Source: Bacteroidales bacterium (lineage in GTDB: Bacteria > Bacteroidota > Bacteroidia > Bacteroidales > Marinilabiliaceae). From it: DNA of 64,000 nucleotides. This document shows, piece after piece, positions 39,513 to 47,753 of this stretch. The notes below the pieces were generated by a model that did no database searches, was not told the origin of the DNA, and was given only the letters and a program-made list of their open reading frames with translations. Positions within the stretch are counted from its first letter, which is position 1; the number at the start of each line of letters is the position of its first letter. The stretch covers positions 29,939-93,938 of the forward strand of contig JAKSLD010000002.1 in NCBI GenBank assembly GCA_024401395.1, given 5' to 3'. A program made the position numbers and the translations under genes.

Positions 39513-39532
39513 CATTAAACCTATTACCAATA

Positions 39533-40879
39533 GTGTCGGATTTAATTAGAATTGTGTGTATGTATAGTCTACTATTAAAACAAACAGATGCAGTGAATAG
39601 ATGGATGGAGCGATATGGTGTTCGCTTCGGCATCTATAAGAACGGAGAGTTCAAGGAACAATTGTTCCCCTTTGACGCTATTCCACGTATTATCAGTCAC
39701 GAAGACTGGAAGATGCTGGAGGTCGGACTCATCCAGCGAGTTGATGCGCTTAACGCTTTCCTGAGAGACATATATACAGAGAAGCGTATTGTAAAAGACG
39801 GTATCGTTCCAGAGGATTTCATCTACTCTTCCAAGGGGTATCTCCCTCAGTGTGAGGGTTTCATCCCTCCAAAGGGCATTTACTCTCATATATCGGGCAT
39901 CGATTTGGTTCAGGCAGAGGATGGCACATGGTATATCCTGGAGGATAACCTCAGAATACCATCTGGCGCATCATACCCAATGATTGCCAGAGACCTGACA
40001 CGTAAGGTTTCTCCTGAGACTTTTACTGATTCGTCTCTCATAGACAACCGTAATTATGCTCAGCTCCTCAGGGATTCAATGGATTATGTGAATGTCGACA
40101 ATGGTCTGGAGGTTATCCTTACCCCAGGCAGATACAATTCCGCATATTTCGAGCATTCTTATTTGGCTGAGAAGGCTCGCGTGGTATTGGCCTACCCAGA
40201 TGACCTTTTCGTGGATAATGGATATGTCTACTACAGGGGACTGAATAACAAGAGCGAACGAGTGGGTGTCATATATCGCCGTATTTCGGATGAATATCTA
40301 GACCCTATGACATTCGAGCCAACGTCGCTGCTTGGCGTGCCTAATCTGTTCGAAGCCTACCGTCAAGGAAATGTAGCAATATTCAACGCCTTTGGAAATG
40401 GTGTTGCCGATGACAAGGGTATATACTATTTCGTCCCAAAGATGATTAAGTATTATCTCAATGAGGAGCCTATACTGAAGAATGCACCTACATATCTCCC
40501 TATATATGAGGAGGATCGCAAATATGTATTGGACAACCTGGAAAAACTGGTCCTCAAGGATGTTTCTGAAGCTGGAGGATATGGCGTAATGTTCGGCCGC
40601 GATATGTCGCCTGAGAAACTGGCTGAGATGAAGCACCTCATCAAGACTGAATCTCGCCGCTGGATTGCTCAGGAGATTATCAATTTCATCGACTTGGATA
40701 TCATCGACAATGGCGAGAAGGTGAAGAGGAAAGCCGACCTCAGAGCGTTTGTTCTCTCGGGGGAGACAACAAGGGTTTGGGCAAGTGGTCTCACTCGTTT
40801 CACACGCAACGAAAAATCTTTCATCGTCAACTCTTCTCAGGGTGGCGGTTTCAAAGATACTTGGGTTCTTGATAAATAA
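39533..40879 (+). CDS. Circularly permuted ATP-grasp type 2 protein (predicted amidoligase)
   Basis: Conserved blocks NG..Y.…P.D.IPRIIS..EW..LE.GL.QR…LN.FL.D.Y and WYILEDN.R.PSG.SY match, by eye, the CP-ATP-grasp family (homologs of mycobacterial Rv2411c). The track start at 39533 is a GTG; the first ATGs are at 39560 and 39605. Confidence 0.75.
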   Translation: MSDLIRIVCMYSLLLKQTDAVNRWMERYGVRFGIYKNGEFKEQLFPFDAIPRIISHEDWKMLEVGLIQRVDALNAFLRDIYTEKRIVKDGIVPEDFIYSSKGYLPQCEGFIPPKGIYSHISGIDLVQAEDGTWYILEDNLRIPSGASYPMIARDLTRKVSPETFTDSSLIDNRNYAQLLRDSMDYVNVDNGLEVILTPGRYNSAYFEHSYLAEKARVVLAYPDDLFVDNGYVYYRGLNNKSERVGVIYRRISDEYLDPMTFEPTSLLGVPNLFEAYRQGNVAIFNAFGNGVADDKGIYYFVPKMIKYYLNEEPILKNAPTYLPIYEEDRKYVLDNLEKLVLKDVSEAGGYGVMFGRDMSPEKLAEMKHLIKTESRRWIAQEIINFIDLDIIDNGEKVKRKADLRAFVLSGETTRVWASGLTRFTRNEKSFIVNSSQGGGFKDTWVLDK

Positions 40880-40905
40880 GAAATAACGCATAACAATATA
40901 ATATT

Positions 40906-41583
40906 ATGACTTACAATATTGCAATATCTCCAGCTAAGGCTAGCCGCCTCTATTGGTTGGGCCGTTACTCAGAACGTGTTTGTTCTACCCTCCATATGCT
41001 CCATAAGTGCTATGACGAGGTCGTAGATAATGAGCATACAGACGTACATTCTGATTTCTGCGTACGTATGGGTATCCCTTTTGAATATGACAACGCAAGA
41101 CAGTTCTTGAAGAATTACCTCTACAACAAAGAGAAGACATACTCTGTCATCAATATGCTCGAGCGTGTTAAGGATAATGCAATTCTCTTGAGAGAGGAAC
41201 TTAAAAGTGAATCCCTCGCTTACGTCGAAATGGCTATCAACTATATGAACCAGGCTTCTATGGATGAAAGCCGCCTCTATGACTTGCAGCCTGTAACAGA
41301 CTACTTGTTCGCTTTCTTCGGTGCTATCGAGGAGCGTATTTTCAATATGGATGCACTCAACCTTATCTTGATTGGCAAATATGTCGAGAAATCGGAATTA
41401 TATATCCGATTCGACTATGACCTCGCGCGTATCGATGAGTCTCTATGCCGACTCGAGCATTTTGTCAATGTGGAAGTCGGTTTGTGCGACGACCGCAAGA
41501 TGTCTGCAGTAAGGAATGGCATTAATGAGATGCCTATGTCTGCATCTATCATCGACAACCTCAACACAATATTTGCGGCCTGA
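40906..41583 (+). CDS. Alpha-E domain protein (DUF403), the usual partner of CP-ATP-grasp
   Basis: All-alpha protein beginning …ASRLYWLGRYSER, which is the N-terminal signature of alpha-E domains. Confidence 0.7.
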   Translation: MTYNIAISPAKASRLYWLGRYSERVCSTLHMLHKCYDEVVDNEHTDVHSDFCVRMGIPFEYDNARQFLKNYLYNKEKTYSVINMLERVKDNAILLREELKSESLAYVEMAINYMNQASMDESRLYDLQPVTDYLFAFFGAIEERIFNMDALNLILIGKYVEKSELYIRFDYDLARIDESLCRLEHFVNVEVGLCDDRKMSAVRNGINEMPMSASIIDNLNTIFAA

Positions 41584-41586
41584 TAT

Positions 41587-42390
41587 ATGGTACTCAAGTA
41601 TAGCCATATTACTGTGATCACGTTTTCTTCGCTCATCCATGCTCACAGTTTCAGTATGCGTTGCTCTCCTTTTCAGAACAGCAACCAGCGTATCATCGAG
41701 GAGAATGTCTCGGCTATCCCTCATTGTAATATAGCTAGGAATACTGATTCTATGGGCAACACAGTCGATTATGGGTATATTGAGGACTATCACGATTCTT
41801 TCGCTTTTGAAAGTCGTGGCATCATCTCTATCAGTTCGCACATATCTAAGGAAAGCAACAACCCCCTATTCTTCTATGCGACGCCCCTCACCAGCCCTTC
41901 TTCGGATCTAATATATCTTGCTCATCTGTTAGACGCTAGGGCTGGTGAGGAGGTTTTCATTCGCCAGGCATCGGATCTCATCCATAAGCATGTCCAGTAT
42001 GTTTCTGGAAGCACGGATGTCTGCACTTCCGCAGAAGCTGCTTTCGCACAGGGCAAAGGGGTTTGCCAGGATTTTGCTCATATAGCTATATGCCTATGCC
42101 GCCTGTGTGGCATTTCTGCTAGATATGTCAATGGATATATGCTTGGCGAGGGTCAGACTCACGCTTGGGTGGAGTATTTCATTCCGTCTATCTCTGAATG
42201 GCATGCCTACGACCCGACTAACAACAGGGTGGTAGATGACTCTTATATCAAACTGGCCCAGGGCAGAGATTATAATGATTGTCGCACTAATCACGGGGTT
42301 TTCAGAGGCGATGTCAGTCAGACTATGCATGTCAGGCTCTCTGTGCAAGAGGTCCTGAATGGTAATTATTTATATAGCAATGTAATATGA
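41587..42390 (+). CDS. Transglutaminase-like cysteine protease superfamily protein with a Bact_transglu_N-like N-terminus
   Basis: Cys-His-Asp catalytic signature: GKGVCQDFAHI (Cys), THAWVEYF (His), WHAYDPTN (Asp). Confidence 0.8.
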   Translation: MVLKYSHITVITFSSLIHAHSFSMRCSPFQNSNQRIIEENVSAIPHCNIARNTDSMGNTVDYGYIEDYHDSFAFESRGIISISSHISKESNNPLFFYATPLTSPSSDLIYLAHLLDARAGEEVFIRQASDLIHKHVQYVSGSTDVCTSAEAAFAQGKGVCQDFAHIAICLCRLCGISARYVNGYMLGEGQTHAWVEYFIPSISEWHAYDPTNNRVVDDSYIKLAQGRDYNDCRTNHGVFRGDVSQTMHVRLSVQEVLNGNYLYSNVI

Positions 42391-43310
42391 TACAAACCGT
42401 AATATCAGAGAATCTCCCAGTAGATGAGCGTCTTATCATCAAAAAGAACTCTATAGGCAATAAGGATGGTAAGCGTGTGTGTATCGTCACAGGTATTCAC
42501 GGAGATGAACTCGAAGGTCAGTACGTCTGTTATGAACTGATGAGACGTCTGAAGAAGGAGAGCCACCAGCTCAAGGGGCGCGTTGAGATATACCCTGCCT
42601 TGAATCCTCTTGGCGTGGACTCTGTCACAAGGGCTATTCCTACTTTCGACCTGGATATGAACCGAATCTTCCCTGGTAATCCTGATGGACATATGATTGA
42701 GTATGTGGCTCATAGAATTATCGAGGACCTTGCCGGAGCCGATCTTGTCATTGATATCCATTCTTCTAATGTCTATTTGTACGAGATTCCTCAGGCTCGC
42801 ATCAGTAAGACTTTCTCTGACAAACTGATGCCTATAGCGGAAATGCTTAACCTCGATTTTATCTGGGTACACGATGCTGCAACGGTACTGGAATCTACCA
42901 TCGCCCATTCTCTCAATTCTATCGGAACCCCGACAGTGGTAGTCGAGATGGGTATCGGTATGAAGATTACTAAGGAGTATGGCGACCGTCTGGTGGATGG
43001 CATCATAAATATGCTCGATAAGTTCGGTATGTGGGGTGGCAATCTCCCGGTACGTATCAAGCAGCCTATCATATCCACAGTTGGCGATGTCTGTTTTATC
43101 AATGCTAACTACTCTGGCGTAATCATTAACCCTATGCCGCACTCTTCTCGCGTATGCAAGGGGGATGTCCTATGCCAGATCGTAAGTTCTCTCACTGGCG
43201 AAGTGCTCGAAAACGTGGAAGCTCCTGTCGATGGCTTGCTTTTTACTATGCGAAGCTATCCTATAGTCTATGAAGGGTCTCTGCTCGCCCGAATTTTCTA
43301 CAAACAATAA
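42387..43310 (+). CDS. AstE/AspA (succinylglutamate desuccinylase / aspartoacylase, M14-like) zinc hydrolase
   Basis: Zinc-ligand motifs are intact: VTGIHGDELEG (HxxE), NRIFPG, VIDIHSS (His), VVEMG (catalytic Glu). ATGA overlap with the transglutaminase gene. Confidence 0.8.
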   Translation: MIQTVISENLPVDERLIIKKNSIGNKDGKRVCIVTGIHGDELEGQYVCYELMRRLKKESHQLKGRVEIYPALNPLGVDSVTRAIPTFDLDMNRIFPGNPDGHMIEYVAHRIIEDLAGADLVIDIHSSNVYLYEIPQARISKTFSDKLMPIAEMLNLDFIWVHDAATVLESTIAHSLNSIGTPTVVVEMGIGMKITKEYGDRLVDGIINMLDKFGMWGGNLPVRIKQPIISTVGDVCFINANYSGVIINPMPHSSRVCKGDVLCQIVSSLTGEVLENVEAPVDGLLFTMRSYPIVYEGSLLARIFYKQ

Positions 43311-43324
43311 GTGCGACTAAGGAA

Positions 43325-44257
43325 ATGAAACAATGTGATATTTTTACAATGAAATCACCTTTTAGAGATGACTATCGCATACCTGGGTTCTATTTCGGCA
43401 ATGGAGACAAGACGGTAGCTATCATCGGCGCTATGCGAGGCAACGAGGTGCAGCAACTTTTCGTCTGCTCTCAGTTGGTCAAGAACCTCCTTGCTCTTGA
43501 GGGTGAAGGCAAGATTAATCCAAACGTAGGCATCCTTGTCATTCCTACCGTCAATCCTTATTCTCTGAATATCCATAAGCGCTTTTGGGCTATGGATAAC
43601 ACAGATATCAACCGTATGTTCCCTGGATATGACCAGGGCGAAACAACTCAGAGAATAGCTGCCGCTCTTTTCGAGACCGTGAGGGGCTACGAATATGGTA
43701 TCCAGCTCTCTAGCTATTACCTCAATGGTAATTTCGTGCCTCACGTCAGGGTGATGGATACTGGCTACCAGGACCTGGAGAGTGCTAAGAGCTTCGGATT
43801 GCCTTTTATATATGAGTACGAACCGAAACCTTATGACACAACTCTGCTCAACTATAACTGGCAGATTTTCGATACTAAGGCGTTTAGCATATACAGCGGC
43901 TCTACTGATGTCATCAATAAGGACCTCGCAAAACAAACGTGGCTCAGCATATTGCGTTTCCTTCACGCTAAGGGTATAATCGATAAGCCTATGCACGGCG
44001 GTATGGTGCCTTTCAAATTCAGAAACGAGATGTTGAGCACTGTCGTCTCTCGCCAATCTGGTATCTTGTACCCTAAATGCGATGTCGCTCAGAATGTCAA
44101 GAAGGGCGACTTGCTGGCCGAGGTTTTGTCTCCTTATATGGGCGAGACAATAGATTCTATCTACTCGCCTGTCACAGGTACGGTATTCTTCGCCCACCAT
44201 ACCCCACTTATCCATCAACATTCAAGAATTTTCCAAATCGTAGAATATCCGGAATAA
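43325..44257 (+). CDS. Second AstE/AspA-family paralog with degenerate metal-binding residues (likely non-catalytic)
   Basis: Same fold and spacing (IIGAMRGNEVQQ, NRMFPG). HGDE is replaced by RGNE, and the DIHSS position reads QLSSY, so both His zinc ligands are absent. Confidence 0.7.
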   Translation: MKQCDIFTMKSPFRDDYRIPGFYFGNGDKTVAIIGAMRGNEVQQLFVCSQLVKNLLALEGEGKINPNVGILVIPTVNPYSLNIHKRFWAMDNTDINRMFPGYDQGETTQRIAAALFETVRGYEYGIQLSSYYLNGNFVPHVRVMDTGYQDLESAKSFGLPFIYEYEPKPYDTTLLNYNWQIFDTKAFSIYSGSTDVINKDLAKQTWLSILRFLHAKGIIDKPMHGGMVPFKFRNEMLSTVVSRQSGILYPKCDVAQNVKKGDLLAEVLSPYMGETIDSIYSPVTGTVFFAHHTPLIHQHSRIFQIVEYPE

Positions 44258-44336
44258 TACACCCAGGCACTGAATATAATACTAGATGAGAAGGCTGTGC
44301 CGCGTGAGTGGTCCAGCCTTATTTTTTGCTGGTTTA

Positions 44337-44465
44337 TCAAAAAATTACGATGAACAAGGGTCTTCCCCGAGTGTAGACCGAGTATAGACCGAGTGTAGAC
44401 CGAGTCCCCAAAATAAAAAAATTACGATGAACAAGGTACTTCCCTATGACTAGAAAGGGTCTAGT
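44337..44465 (-). repeat. Composite repeat element E2, an inverted copy of E1 with three copies of the 11-bp tandem GAGTGTAGACC / GAGTATAGACC
   Basis: The reverse complement aligns along its full length with 29356-29474. The only length difference is the 11-bp tandem copy number (3 versus about 2). Confidence 0.7.
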
Positions 44466-44506
44466 GACCGCCTCCAGAATAATAATATAAGTATCAATAT
44501 CGTGGC

Positions 44507-44545
44507 TTAACGCTCTCTTATACCTCCCTTAATGCTCCCTTATAC
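44507..44545 (-). repeat. Two degenerate tandem copies of the dispersed motif (TTAACGCTCTCTTATAC, CTTAATGCTCCCTTATAC)
   Basis: Reverse complement of the GTATAAGAGAGCGTTAA family seen at 7943, 35838 and 60624. Confidence 0.45.
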
Positions 44546-44644
44546 CAGACAATGGATATGTACTATTTTTTCATTATATAATACTAAACCGACAAACCTC
44601 TCTTTATTGGGTCTCAACGCTTGGATATAAGATTCTTTATTGAA

Positions 44645-44652
44645 TATATTTG
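44645..44652 (+). promoter_or_regulatory. Candidate Bacteroides -7 promoter element TATATTTG, 29 bp upstream of manA
   Basis: Perfect match to TAnnTTTG. No clear -33 TTTG. Confidence 0.3.
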
Positions 44653-44680
44653 CCGTGCGAATAGTTAAGTTTTATGCGAT

Positions 44681-45652
44681 ATGAAGCCTTATAAGTTTGA
44701 CCCATATTTGAAGACAACCCTCTGGGGGGGCTATCAGATTGCTCCGTTCAAGGGGATTTATACAGCACAGCCAAACATAGGTGAGTCTTGGGAGATCAGT
44801 GGTGTCCCAGGACACGAAAGCGTAGCCATCGAGCGCGGACTTATCGACGATGTCGATCTAGGACTCACTCTGACGGAATTGATCGACAAATACAAGGGTC
44901 TACTTGTAGGCAATAAGGTCTACAAACGTTTTGGAAATAAATTTCCTCTGCTCGTAAAATTCATCGATTCCCGCCAGGATCTTAGCGTTCAGGTTCACCC
45001 TGACGATAAGTTGGCTCAGGAACGCCACGGTTGCGCCGGAAAGACTGAGATGTGGTATATCATCAAAAGCGATGTCGGCGCTAAGATATATGCAGGACTG
45101 AGAAAGCAGATTACTCCCGATGATTACGAGCAGATGGTAAGCACTGAGGATGGCTCTAACCCTATGGCCGACGTAATAGCAACACACGAGGCTCATCAGG
45201 GCGACCTTTTCTTCCTTCCAGCCGGACGCCTCCACGCTATTGGCGCAGGATGCTTCCTCGCTGAGATCCAGCAGACGAGCGACATAACATACCGCGTATA
45301 CGACTTTGGCCGTAAGGATGCTCATGGCAACCCTCGCGAATTGCATACCGAACTGGCTAAGGACGCTATCGACTATCAGGTTTGGCCTGAATATCGTACT
45401 AGCTACGATAGTACTCAGCCTACTTCTCAGTTGATTAATTGCCCTTACTTCGTCGTACACCGACTTGTAGTGCAGGTTGCTCAACAGATAGATTTCCACT
45501 GCGACTCGTTCGTAGTTGTAATGTGTCTATGGGGCGAGGCTAACGTCAATGGCGTGAAAGTCCGCCAGGGTGAAACACTCCTCGTTCCAGCGTCAGAGAA
45601 TGTATTGTACATATTCGGCAATGCCACATTCCTCACGGCACACATAGCTTAG
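44681..45652 (+). CDS. manA: Mannose-6-phosphate isomerase, class I (cupin)
   Basis: Type I PMI signature (…TLWGGYQIAPFKG…; conserved Zn ligands Q/H/E/H across the cupin motifs; FLPAGRLHAIG). Confidence 0.8.
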   Translation: MKPYKFDPYLKTTLWGGYQIAPFKGIYTAQPNIGESWEISGVPGHESVAIERGLIDDVDLGLTLTELIDKYKGLLVGNKVYKRFGNKFPLLVKFIDSRQDLSVQVHPDDKLAQERHGCAGKTEMWYIIKSDVGAKIYAGLRKQITPDDYEQMVSTEDGSNPMADVIATHEAHQGDLFFLPAGRLHAIGAGCFLAEIQQTSDITYRVYDFGRKDAHGNPRELHTELAKDAIDYQVWPEYRTSYDSTQPTSQLINCPYFVVHRLVVQVAQQIDFHCDSFVVVMCLWGEANVNGVKVRQGETLLVPASENVLYIFGNATFLTAHIA

Positions 45653-45684
45653 CTTCATACTTTATCATACCTATATATGAGTGA

Positions 45685-45734
45685 AAACTGAGACGAGTCT
45701 CCCTCCTGACTCTTCTCAGTTTGTTTTTATTTTT
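45685..45734 (+). terminator. Rho-independent terminator (15-bp stem with one mismatch, then GTTTTTATTTTT)
   Basis: AAACTGAGACGAGTC-TCCCTCCT-GACTCTTCTCAGTTT followed by a T-run after manA. Confidence 0.6.
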
Positions 45735-45846
45735 ACCTTTATCGGTCATCTCTATACCATAATTGAACAAAACACGATTTTCGTTGAAAAAGCATACGTC
45801 TTATTTTCGCATTGATTAACTTTGTATCATAAAATAATAGCATCTA

Positions 45847-46839
45847 ATGGATACAGTAGATATTAAAGAATTGAACGAAAGAATCAAGCAGGAGTCGGCT
45901 TTCGTCGATCTCATCTCGCTTGAAATGAATAAAGTCATCGTAGGTCAGAAACACCTCGTTGAATCCCTCATGATCGGCCTCTTGTCTGATGGCCACATCC
46001 TCTTGGAGGGTGTACCTGGCTTGGCTAAGACTCTTGCCATTAACACCTTGGCTAAGGTAATCGATGCTGGCTTCGCTCGCATTCAGTTTACTCCTGACCT
46101 CCTCCCTGCCGATATCCTCGGTACTCTCATCTATTCCCAAAAGACTGAGGAGTTCCAGGTAAAGAAGGGTCCTATCTTCTCTAACTTCATCCTCGCAGAT
46201 GAGATCAACCGTGCCCCTGCTAAAGTGCAGTCGGCGCTCTTGGAGGCTATGCAGGAACGTCAGGTTACTATCGGCGACGAGACCTACCCAATGGAGAAGC
46301 CTTTCCTCGTTATGGCTACTCAGAACCCTATCGAGCAGGAAGGTACATACCCTCTCCCTGAAGCTCAGGTCGACCGTTTCATGCTAAAGGTCGTAATCGA
46401 CTACCCTAAGAAGGAGGAGGAACGCCTCATCGTTCGCCAGAACCTCCAGAAATCGTTCCCTCAGCCACAGGCTATTCTCAAGCCAGAGGATATCATCCGT
46501 GCCCGTCAGGTGGTGAATGATGTCTATATGGACGAGAAGATTGAGAAATATATCGTAGATATCGTATTCGCTACTCGTTACCCAGAGCAGTATAAACTCG
46601 AGCGCTTCCAGCAGATGATCCAGTGCGGAGCTTCTCCTCGTGCCTCTATCTCATTGGCACGCGCTGCTAAGGCCTACGCTTTCATCAAGAGAAGAGGCTA
46701 CGTAATCCCAGAGGATATCCGCGCAGTATGCCACGACGTTCTCCGCCACCGTATCGCCCTCACTTACGAGGCTGAGGCTAGCAACGTGACAACTGAGGAA
46801 ATCATCTCTGAGATTCTTAACCAGGTTGAGGTACCTTAA
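45847..46839 (+). CDS. MoxR-family AAA+ ATPase (first gene of the Bat aerotolerance operon)
   Basis: Walker A GVPGLAKT, Walker B ILADEINRA. MoxR length and context. Confidence 0.9.
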   Translation: MDTVDIKELNERIKQESAFVDLISLEMNKVIVGQKHLVESLMIGLLSDGHILLEGVPGLAKTLAINTLAKVIDAGFARIQFTPDLLPADILGTLIYSQKTEEFQVKKGPIFSNFILADEINRAPAKVQSALLEAMQERQVTIGDETYPMEKPFLVMATQNPIEQEGTYPLPEAQVDRFMLKVVIDYPKKEEERLIVRQNLQKSFPQPQAILKPEDIIRARQVVNDVYMDEKIEKYIVDIVFATRYPEQYKLERFQQMIQCGASPRASISLARAAKAYAFIKRRGYVIPEDIRAVCHDVLRHRIALTYEAEASNVTTEEIISEILNQVEVP

Positions 46840-46853
46840 TAGACGGTATAATA

Positions 46854-47753
46854 GTGGATACAGCTGAACTCATACAGAAGGTCCGCCAAATTGAAATTAA
46901 AACCCGCGGCCTGTCCAACCATATCTTTGCTGGCGAGTATCACTCGGCATTCAAGGGGCGTGGTATGGCTTTCGCCGAGGTGCGCGACTACCAGTTTGGC
47001 GACGACGTTCGTAACATAGACTGGAATGTGACCGCCCGCATGGGTAAGCCTTTCATCAAGGTCTTTGAGGAGGAACGCGAGAATACCGTTCTCTTGCTCA
47101 TTGATGTCTCTGGCTCCCGCGAGTTCGGCACAGCAACCCGCTTCAAGAAGAACCTGATTACTGAGCTTGCCGCTACTTTGGCATTCTCTACTATTCAGAA
47201 TAATGATAAGATTGGTGTCATCTTCTTTTCCGACAAGGTGGAACAGTTCATTCCTCCTCAAAAGGGAAAGAAACATGTGCTCCATATAATCCGCGAGTTG
47301 CTGACATTCGAACCTACAGGACGTAAGACCGACCTCAGCGAGGCTCTTCGCTACCTCACAGGAGCTATCAAGAAACGTTCTACCGCTTTCTTGATATCGG
47401 ACTTTATCCAGGAATCTAACGCCGAGACTCCTAAGGGGGATAGCACTCCTTTTGAGCGTTCACTCCGAATCGCTTCCCATAAGCACGACGTAGTGGCTCT
47501 GCGTATACTGGACAAGCGTGAGGCCGAATTGCCTGACGTGGGTCTTATGCTCATGGCTGATGCAGAAACGGGCGAACAGCGTTGGGTGGACTCTTCTTCC
47601 GCAGCAGTGCGTAACGCATGGCACAATTCGTGGGTGGAACGCAACAACGCTCTCCAGCAGTCTTTCACAAGATGTGGCGTGGATACGGTGGATATCGCTA
47701 CCGATCACGACTATGTCATCGACTTGCTGAAACTCTTCAAACAAAGAAGCTAA
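46854..47753 (+). CDS. DUF58 protein (vWA-like, MoxR partner)
   Basis: DUF58 signature (…YQFGDDVRNIDWNVTAR…) directly downstream of MoxR. Confidence 0.85.
   Translation: MDTAELIQKVRQIEIKTRGLSNHIFAGEYHSAFKGRGMAFAEVRDYQFGDDVRNIDWNVTARMGKPFIKVFEEERENTVLLLIDVSGSREFGTATRFKKNLITELAATLAFSTIQNNDKIGVIFFSDKVEQFIPPQKGKKHVLHIIRELLTFEPTGRKTDLSEALRYLTGAIKKRSTAFLISDFIQESNAETPKGDSTPFERSLRIASHKHDVVALRILDKREAELPDVGLMLMADAETGEQRWVDSSSAAVRNAWHNSWVERNNALQQSFTRCGVDTVDIATDHDYVIDLLKLFKQRS

Noticed and set aside
42405-44221. Two long antisense ORFs (245 and 288 aa) opposite the two AstE/AspA genes
   Set aside because: The sense-strand products have clear family signatures and operon organisation. Long antisense ORFs recur throughout 40-53 kb and are best explained by codon bias (few stop-generating complements), not by overlapping genes.
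44310-44330. Short hairpin CCAGC-N10-GCTGG after the second AstE/AspA gene, as a terminator
   Set aside because: The stem is only 5 bp and the U-tract is weak. It lies adjacent to the E2 repeat, which may itself provide the termination. Not confident enough to list as a feature.
29356-44465. The inverted repeat pair as termini of a transposon or genomic island
   Set aside because: No transposase, integrase or tRNA target is present, and no target-site duplication was seen. The contents are housekeeping genes. Solo units also occur elsewhere. A dispersed intergenic repeat family is the more parsimonious reading, although recombination between the copies remains possible.
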